From positions 1 to 64,000 of the forward strand of contig JANMKN010000244.1 in NCBI GenBank assembly GCA_031372065.1: DNA of 64,000 nucleotides. Reading direction: 5' to 3'. The position numbers and the translations under genes are program-made. The notes under the pieces were generated by a model. It made no database searches and was not told the origin of the DNA. It was given only the letters and a program-made list of their open reading frames with translations. Positions 58,370 to 64,000 of this stretch are shown one piece after another (the stretch's first letter is position 1; each line of letters starts with the position of its first letter). Source of the DNA: Abditibacteriaceae bacterium (GTDB taxonomy: Bacteria; Armatimonadota; Abditibacteriia; Abditibacteriales; Abditibacteriaceae).

Positions 58370-58652
58370 GGGCCTTTTCTATTATCTCAAGAGTTTTGTG
58401 GTAATTCCAATCAGTGGCAAAAAACCAATGATTTGAGTTACCAAAAGATGATCTTCATCCTCTGAGTTTATTGTTAATTTCCAAGCGATTCCGTTTTCAA
58501 GAGTCGCGTCAACCACCAGTTTAGCGTGTTAATGAGAAGTGATGGTAGTAAAGTGCGCTATAAGTTATGGTTTGGATGATTATTTTACCTTACACAATTA
58601 TATGCATAAATCAGGTAAAAAGCCGTTCAATGAAAGCCAATTGTAAGAAATT

Positions 58653-59693
58653 CTATTCTGTGAAGGGCACATGAAGGAGTTCAGCGGCCTTTTGCTTGGC
58701 CGCTTCGCCGCGCCGATCATAGCGAATGGTGGTCGAGACGTTGGCGTGTCCGGCCAGTTTTTGCACGGCAGAAATATCGGCTCCGGCATCCAGCAGATCG
58801 GAAATGAAGCTGCGCCGCATATCATGGGGCGAGAGATGTTTTACTCCCGCTTGTTTAGCGCGCTTCATTAATAAGGTGAGGATGGCTTGATCGGAAAGAC
58901 GGCGCGGCACCAGTCGGCCCGATTTGAGAATCGGCCAAAATAAAGGCCCGTTTTCCTCGCCGCGCAAGGCCAGCCAAGCAGATAACGCTTCGCGCGTGCC
59001 GCGTCCGGCATAACTGAGGCGGTCTTTGCCGCCTTTGCTGCGACGAATTTTCACCTCACCATTTTCCGCATTATAATTTTCGTAGTCCAGTGCCACAATT
59101 TCGCTGCGGCGCAAGCCGACACCGTAAAGCACAGCCAAAATAGCCGCATCGCGAATGGCGGTAGGACGCCGTTCTCCTTCCTTATTAATGTCTTGTGCGC
59201 AAGCGTTAAACAAAGCGCGCAATTCACCAGCGCTAATTGAGCGGCCCGCAGGCAGCGTTTCGCCGCGCAGTGGTTTGAAATCCACGGCGCGTTGATAATC
59301 TTCGGTGGGAATTTGTTCCAATCTCCATGCTGCTTTCAGCACACCGCGCAACGCGGCCAGCATTTTATTGGAAGTGTTCGGCGCGTAATGTTCGGAGAGC
59401 GCTGCGGCGATAGCCGCTGTGTGTTGATAACGCAATGCGCCCCAACAAAGTGAAAGTGCATCATGTCGTCCGCTGGTAAGCAAACGAGCGATGACATCCA
59501 GCGCTTGACGCATAGTGCGGCGCGACCCGCTGGACAGTGAGCGCAAATAAACGCGCGCCGGATGTTGATCAGCGTTCAACGGCACTGGCAGCAACAAATC
59601 AGAAATTTCAACACTTTCGCGCAATGCCAAGGCGCCGGAATCCATTTCGACTTGATTGATCGCGTCAGCATCAGCCAAAAAATCCACTTTCAT
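58653..59693 (-). CDS. Tyrosine recombinase (possible replicon resolvase)
   Basis: RDAAIL...GLRRSE, KGGK, HDMRRS, AGHANVSTTIRYD (R-K-H-R-H-Y). Confidence 0.93.
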   Translation of the reverse strand: MKVDFLADADAINQVEMDSGALALRESVEISDLLLPVPLNADQHPARVYLRSLSSGSRRTMRQALDVIARLLTSGRHDALSLCWGALRYQHTAAIAAALSEHYAPNTSNKMLAALRGVLKAAWRLEQIPTEDYQRAVDFKPLRGETLPAGRSISAGELRALFNACAQDINKEGERRPTAIRDAAILAVLYGVGLRRSEIVALDYENYNAENGEVKIRRSKGGKDRLSYAGRGTREALSAWLALRGEENGPLFWPILKSGRLVPRRLSDQAILTLLMKRAKQAGVKHLSPHDMRRSFISDLLDAGADISAVQKLAGHANVSTTIRYDRRGEAAKQKAAELLHVPFTE

Positions 59694-59825
59694 ACTCCGT
59701 ATTTTACTATGCGTTATAAGGTTTGAGAAGAATCATTCTCATAAACTATTGAGACTACGAAAATAACGAACGTTTTTGATTTTTCGTGAGCGTTTTGATG
59801 AGTTTCACCTTATGTAGTGAGGTCA

Positions 59826-59939
59826 TGATAAGCCTTGTTTGATCGACCAACAGGGCTTATCACTATTTGACAAGAAGATTAAACACAAAGACACAAAGAA
59901 GACGAATCTCCCTTTCTCTGTTTTTGTGTTTAATCTTCT
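59826..59939. repeat. Two adjacent imperfect hairpins (terminator/REP-like)
   Basis: TGATAAGCCTTGTT...AACAGGGCTTATCA (59826-59862); AGAAGATTAAACACAAAGACA...TGTTTTTGTGTTTAATCTTCT (59873-59939). Confidence 0.55.
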
Positions 59940-60004
59940 GCGGCATGAGTTATCACATTTCACCGCATAACATGAAGTGATAATGGAGCCAATTAAGGTA
60001 AATT

Positions 60005-61081
60005 TTACGGCACTGAAGGTTGAATCAGTGCATCGAATTCGTTCTTGCGAAACCACTTAACGTGCCCGTCGGCGAAAGCAATATTTCCACCATCTAAGTG
60101 TTCAATACTCGGCTTGTCCCATACCATCGGAGTTTGAGCAGGATCACTCACATCATCCATATTGGCTCCTGAAAGCTGGGAATTATATTGATAATCACTG
60201 GTGCCATCCTCAACGGTATCGCTGGGACAAACGAAAACCTGCTGGTTATTGATGTAAGGCATCACCGAATCGCGCAGTTGCTCGTTGGTATTAGCTGTCG
60301 GATATTTGTTGTTATGGTCAGTGTTCCATTGCATAACACCAAGAGAAATTTGTTTCAGGTTGTTCTGACAGGAGGTCTTGCGCGCATTTTCTCTGGCTCT
60401 GGCGAAAACCGGAAACAAGATGGCAGCCGGAAGGGGGAACAGCAAAAATCCGCCCACTGCCAGCACCAAGCCCGCCATTGCCCAGTTTTTCTGGGCTTTT
60501 TTGAAATCTTCAAGTGAGTTATAGCGACGATTTTGCCACGCCCATTCATTGCCTTTGAAACCCAGCACAAAGCGCATCACAAAGCCGACAATTGGAATCA
60601 GCCCCAAAAGCCCAATCCAAGTGCTGTGTCCGATGGCCCAAATCCATGACAGCAAAAACGCGCCCCAGTTGAAGCCGCGAATTTCGACAGGCGCCGCACT
60701 GTTTTTTCCTTGACCGCTGTTGTTTGGCTCAACGCTTGAAGCGGAGGCGGACATCACAGGTGGCGCGCCGATTAGATTTACTGGTGGCAATGTGGCGGGC
60801 TGTGCCGGTGTGATAACAAGATGCAAAGTGCCATCGGCGCGACTTATCGCAATCTGGAATCCCGCATAGAAAACTGACGCTCTGCCTGTCGTTTCGAGTT
60901 GCAAACGTTCAGGGTCAGCCAAAATTTCTGAGGCGATAGCTTCAACTTCGGCTAAGGTCAAAACTTGCCCTTGTGTAACACCAGACGAAGTTTGAAATTG
61001 CGTTGTGGTATCGCTTTGCAATAAAGCGCGATCAACAAAATCGGCGCGCATTTGGGTGAGGAGAGCATCAATTCTTGCCAT
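60005..61081 (-). CDS. Chimeric membrane protein: PilT-N-like domain + membrane module + DUF1559/H-X9-DG domain
   Basis: MARIDALL start; FNWGAF...[50 protein letters not shown]. Confidence 0.8.
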   Translation of the reverse strand: MARIDALLTQMRADFVDRALLQSDTTTQFQTSSGVTQGQVLTLAEVEAIASEILADPERLQLETTGRASVFYAGFQIAISRADGTLHLVITPAQPATLPPVNLIGAPPVMSASASSVEPNNSGQGKNSAAPVEIRGFNWGAFLLSWIWAIGHSTWIGLLGLIPIVGFVMRFVLGFKGNEWAWQNRRYNSLEDFKKAQKNWAMAGLVLAVGGFLLFPLPAAILFPVFARARENARKTSCQNNLKQISLGVMQWNTDHNNKYPTANTNEQLRDSVMPYINNQQVFVCPSDTVEDGTSDYQYNSQLSGANMDDVSDPAQTPMVWDKPSIEHLDGGNIAFADGHVKWFRKNEFDALIQPSVP

Positions 61082-61237
61082 TGGGGAGAATTATAATAAA
61101 TTAAATGGCCTTCTGTGTGCCTTGTTTGCGATGAATAGCCGGTAGAAAATTCTTCACTTGCTCTTAATCGTTCGTTATCTCCAATTTAACCTGCACTCCC
61201 CACACTCAAGCAGTGAATCTCCAAAGGAGTCACTAAA

Positions 61238-61666
61238 ATGAGTGATGAAAACACCAAAGAAGAATTGATGCTCAATGAGTTGTTGACCGTTGTTTCAGCA
61301 CGCGCGACCACAGAAGCATGGCAAGAAGCAAAGCGGCGAACATACGCATCGCTTAAGGAATTGTCCTACTCGCGTTGCCCGGAACAATATGGTTTACGGC
61401 GCGGCGCAGTAGGCGAATTATCTGAAGCGCGTAATCATGGCGCGATGCCACAAGAGTTGACTTTTACTGAGCGTGCCCGTGTGCGCACCGAAGCAGCCTT
61501 GATGGTAAAACACCTGCTGGACCTCGAAGCAACACAAACTGTAACTTTTGCGAAATCGCAATTGCTGTTCGATTTAATCGGCAAACCGCTTCAATTTTTG
61601 AAATTATTTGCCAATTTTACCAAAATTAGGTCTCGCAAATTTTCTTATTGGGAGAGTCTTACCTGA
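61238..61666 (+). CDS. Hypothetical protein
   Basis: AAAGGAG RBS upstream of the ATG; no motif recognised. Confidence 0.55.
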   Translation: MSDENTKEELMLNELLTVVSARATTEAWQEAKRRTYASLKELSYSRCPEQYGLRRGAVGELSEARNHGAMPQELTFTERARVRTEAALMVKHLLDLEATQTVTFAKSQLLFDLIGKPLQFLKLFANFTKIRSRKFSYWESLT

Positions 61667-61737
61667 TTTTTGCATATGGGTTGTGTAAGGTAAAACCTGT
61701 GAGCTAAGAATTAAAGAATTTAGTCAGCTTTTTGCGA

Positions 61738-62676
61738 TTACTCCACAGTAAGCACGATTTTGCCGCGTGTGTGTCGTGTTTCACTGTCGATTAGGGCTTG
61801 ACCTGCCTGTGATAGTGGTAATGTCTCGGCCAAGGGCACTCGCACAGTTCCCGCATCTATTAAAGCGCCGATTTCTTCCAATTGACGGGCGTCGGGGCGG
61901 GCCATAAAAACAGCTGTGCGCACATTATATTGTCGCGCTTTTTCTTCATCGGGCGCGCTGACGATAGAAACCAAAATGCCGCCGAATTTCAAAACTGCAA
62001 AAGATCGTTCCTGCGTTTCGCCACCAGCGCAATCGAGAACCATGTCAAAATCTTTAACGACTTCCTCGAAACACTGCGAGGTGTAATCAATAACCTCGCT
62101 GGCGCCTAATTGCAAAACGTAATCGCGATTGCGCGCCGATGCTGTGCCGACAATTGTGGCACCTTTCCAATGAGCGAACTGCACAGCAAACGTGCCGACG
62201 CCCCCAGCAGCGGCATGAATGAGAATCTTCTGTCCGCTTTGCAAATCGCCATGTTCAAACAAGGCTTGCCACGCGGTCAAAGTCGCCACTGGCAGTGCCG
62301 CTGCATGAGCGAAATCCAATGTTTTTGGTTTGCGCGCCCAAGCGTCAGCGGGCAACTTAATAAATTCGGCGAAGGCACCCAAACGCAGGCCCGGCATGGC
62401 AAAAACGGCATCGCCGATTTGCCATGTTTCGACGCCCTCCCCTACTGCGGCCACTTCGCCAACTACGTCATTGCCCAAAATGATGGGTAATTCATAGTTA
62501 GTCATGCCTTGGAGCCAGCCTTCGCGGATTTTCCAATCTACAGGGTTGACGCCCGCCGCGCGCACTTTAACCAACACTTCGCCCGGCCCGGCAACGGGGC
62601 GGGGCGCGTCTTCATAACGCAGCACTTCGGGGCCACCGTATTGGTGAATGCGAACGGCTTTCATCGTTTCAGTCAT
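61738..62676 (-). CDS. NADP-dependent oxidoreductase (quinone-oxidoreductase-like MDR)
   Basis: MKAVRIHQYGGPEVL, GVNPVDWK, HAAAGGVGTFAVQ, TRGKIVL. Confidence 0.93.
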   Translation of the reverse strand: MTETMKAVRIHQYGGPEVLRYEDAPRPVAGPGEVLVKVRAAGVNPVDWKIREGWLQGMTNYELPIILGNDVVGEVAAVGEGVETWQIGDAVFAMPGLRLGAFAEFIKLPADAWARKPKTLDFAHAAALPVATLTAWQALFEHGDLQSGQKILIHAAAGGVGTFAVQFAHWKGATIVGTASARNRDYVLQLGASEVIDYTSQCFEEVVKDFDMVLDCAGGETQERSFAVLKFGGILVSIVSAPDEEKARQYNVRTAVFMARPDARQLEEIGALIDAGTVRVPLAETLPLSQAGQALIDSETRHTRGKIVLTVE

Positions 62677-63790
62677 AGTTCTTTTCCTTGGGTTCGAGTA
62701 TGCCAGAGTTCAACATAGTGCTTCGTGCCAGCGGACGCAGTGTGCTAAGTAGTGCTTTTGTAAAACGCGCTGTGTCCCGCTTATCAAGGTGCGAGCCATC
62801 AGGACAATCGAAGGCTTTCAACACTGGCACATCGCTGAAATAAATTGCCGGTGCGCCAATCTCGCGGGCAAACACGTCCCAGTATCGGCGTTTGGGATAT
62901 TGGATTTCTTGGACTTCTCGATACTGGCCCGACATTGGAAAACGCACAAATAGAACCTCGCCGCCACGCCTTTGAAGCGCTTCAATCCAAGGCCGCATTT
63001 GCCCGATGCCTTGGCGCAATTTTGCCACTGTCGGCGGTGCGTCTTTTTTAAAAAGTGTCTGCATACGGAGGATGCGGAATTTGCGATGAGATTCAATATC
63101 TACTATCCGATAATCCGCTGGGCGCGAGCGATCTGCGTTCATTTCCAAATAAAAAGGCCGGGGGCGCTGCTTTCGTGCTAATTTTTGCATAAAACTCAGC
63201 GGCGTTAAATGTGGCACGCGAAAAACCGCGCTCTGCTCAATGGTTTTCTTTAGGCCAAATTCGAAACAGTTGAACACGTTTTGCCCATGAAAATGGCGCA
63301 CATAATAACGAGGCGTGAGAACCGCATCGTCTTCGTGATCTGGCGCTTGTGGAAAGAGATGGCGTTCTTCTACATCACAAATTACCGTGCCGCGAAATTG
63401 CGGATCAGCGGCCAAATCTTCCAAAACCGGCCAAGGCGAAGCACCATTTATCGCAAGTTGCACCGGAACAATGCCAGTTTCTTGTTCGACAGTTTGCAAA
63501 TTCAAATCTAATTGACCGCGCGATGAGCCTATGAAAACGATAGCTTTTGTGCCATTTTGTGTTGCGCGTTGGCGAGTCCAAGCCCATAAATCAGCATCGT
63601 CGGTCAGTTCTGGCTTAAAACCGCGCGAGCGCCACACACTTTCCCACGCAGCCAAAAAGACCAATGTCAACAGCACCACCACTATCCAAACGCGGCGCCA
63701 CGGGCCAATTGGCAAGCGGTCGTTGACTGTATGATGCATCCGTTCTTCCGAGCGGCGCTGAAAGTCAGAATTGGAAGTAGATAAAGGCAC
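62669..63790 (-). CDS. SGNH-like periplasmic partner of an MBOAT O-acyltransferase
   Basis: N-terminal TM; FIGSSR; PDGSHLD (DxxH); overlaps the MBOAT 3' end. Start GTG 63790 or ATG 63739. Confidence 0.7.
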   Translation of the reverse strand: MPLSTSNSDFQRRSEERMHHTVNDRLPIGPWRRVWIVVVLLTLVFLAAWESVWRSRGFKPELTDDADLWAWTRQRATQNGTKAIVFIGSSRGQLDLNLQTVEQETGIVPVQLAINGASPWPVLEDLAADPQFRGTVICDVEERHLFPQAPDHEDDAVLTPRYYVRHFHGQNVFNCFEFGLKKTIEQSAVFRVPHLTPLSFMQKLARKQRPRPFYLEMNADRSRPADYRIVDIESHRKFRILRMQTLFKKDAPPTVAKLRQGIGQMRPWIEALQRRGGEVLFVRFPMSGQYREVQEIQYPKRRYWDVFAREIGAPAIYFSDVPVLKAFDCPDGSHLDKRDTARFTKALLSTLRPLARSTMLNSGILEPKEKNYD

Positions 63791-64000
63791 GATTATCTCC
63801 CGGAGCAAAAGCGATGCAAAGCAACATAAAAACTAAAATCAGCGCGCGCCCCCAGAAGGGAAAGCGACTTGCCGCTTCTTCTAACGACGAATTACGTAAC
63901 AGCCAATGCGTCACTAACAAAGCCGCTGTCAACCCCAAAATATTCAAACTGTCTGGCGAATGCCATTCCATTTGACTCTTGCCGCCGCTCACCATGACTT
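63765..64000 (-). CDS. MBOAT O-acyltransferase (AlgI/DltB-like), C-terminal fragment
   Basis: Hydrophobic segments ending in FIYFQF; 5' part lies outside the window. Confidence 0.85.
   Translation of the reverse strand, partial: VMVSGGKSQMEWHSPDSLNILGLTAALLVTHWLLRNSSLEEAASRFPFWGRALILVFMLLCIAFAPGDNRAFIYFQF

Noticed and set aside
58550..58582. dif-like Xer site (GTGCGCTATAAGTTATGG)
   Set aside because: Partial resemblance to the XerC arm only; spacing and the XerD arm do not fit.

Overview
64 kb from what looks like a plasmid, chromid or integrated plasmid-type replicon. The DUF1559/H-X9-DG prepilin-like genes suggest an Armatimonadota/Abditibacteriota-like host; this is inference only. (1) 1-10.6 kb is a replication/partition core. 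It has parA-parB, a second divergent parB running off the left edge (missing from the ORF track), and parS-like TGTCT-N8-AGACA palindromes inside both parB genes. It also has a 579-aa protein of no family I recognise, followed by five 18-bp iteron-like repeats, a DnaB-like helicase and a Zn-finger/TOPRIM primase. A nucleotidyltransferase two-gene module is present, and two TnpA-less IS200/IS605 tnpB elements with related ends and omega-RNA scaffolds sit in and beside the core. One of them carries an unannotated 44-aa RHH gene coupled to tnpB. (2) 11.9-38.9 kb is a Wzx/Wzy polysaccharide locus with two sulfotransferases, two FkbM methyltransferases, an acyltransferase and several kinase/NTase/ATP-grasp/HAD tailoring genes. 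(3) A DUF4091-like glycoside hydrolase and a Cys-motif-rich operon encoding a pilin-like protein and a MacB-type ABC system. (4) A ~5.6-kb block bounded by 38-bp direct repeats, holding a caspase-FGE-sulfatase fusion and a Tn3-derived element with Fic, a DUF1778/GNAT TA pair and an orphan antitoxin-like ORF. (5) M16 peptidase, fcl, capD-like dehydratase, tyrosine recombinase, a chimeric pilin-like protein, an oxidoreductase and an MBOAT pair. All calls come from motif recognition by eye; no database searches were run.
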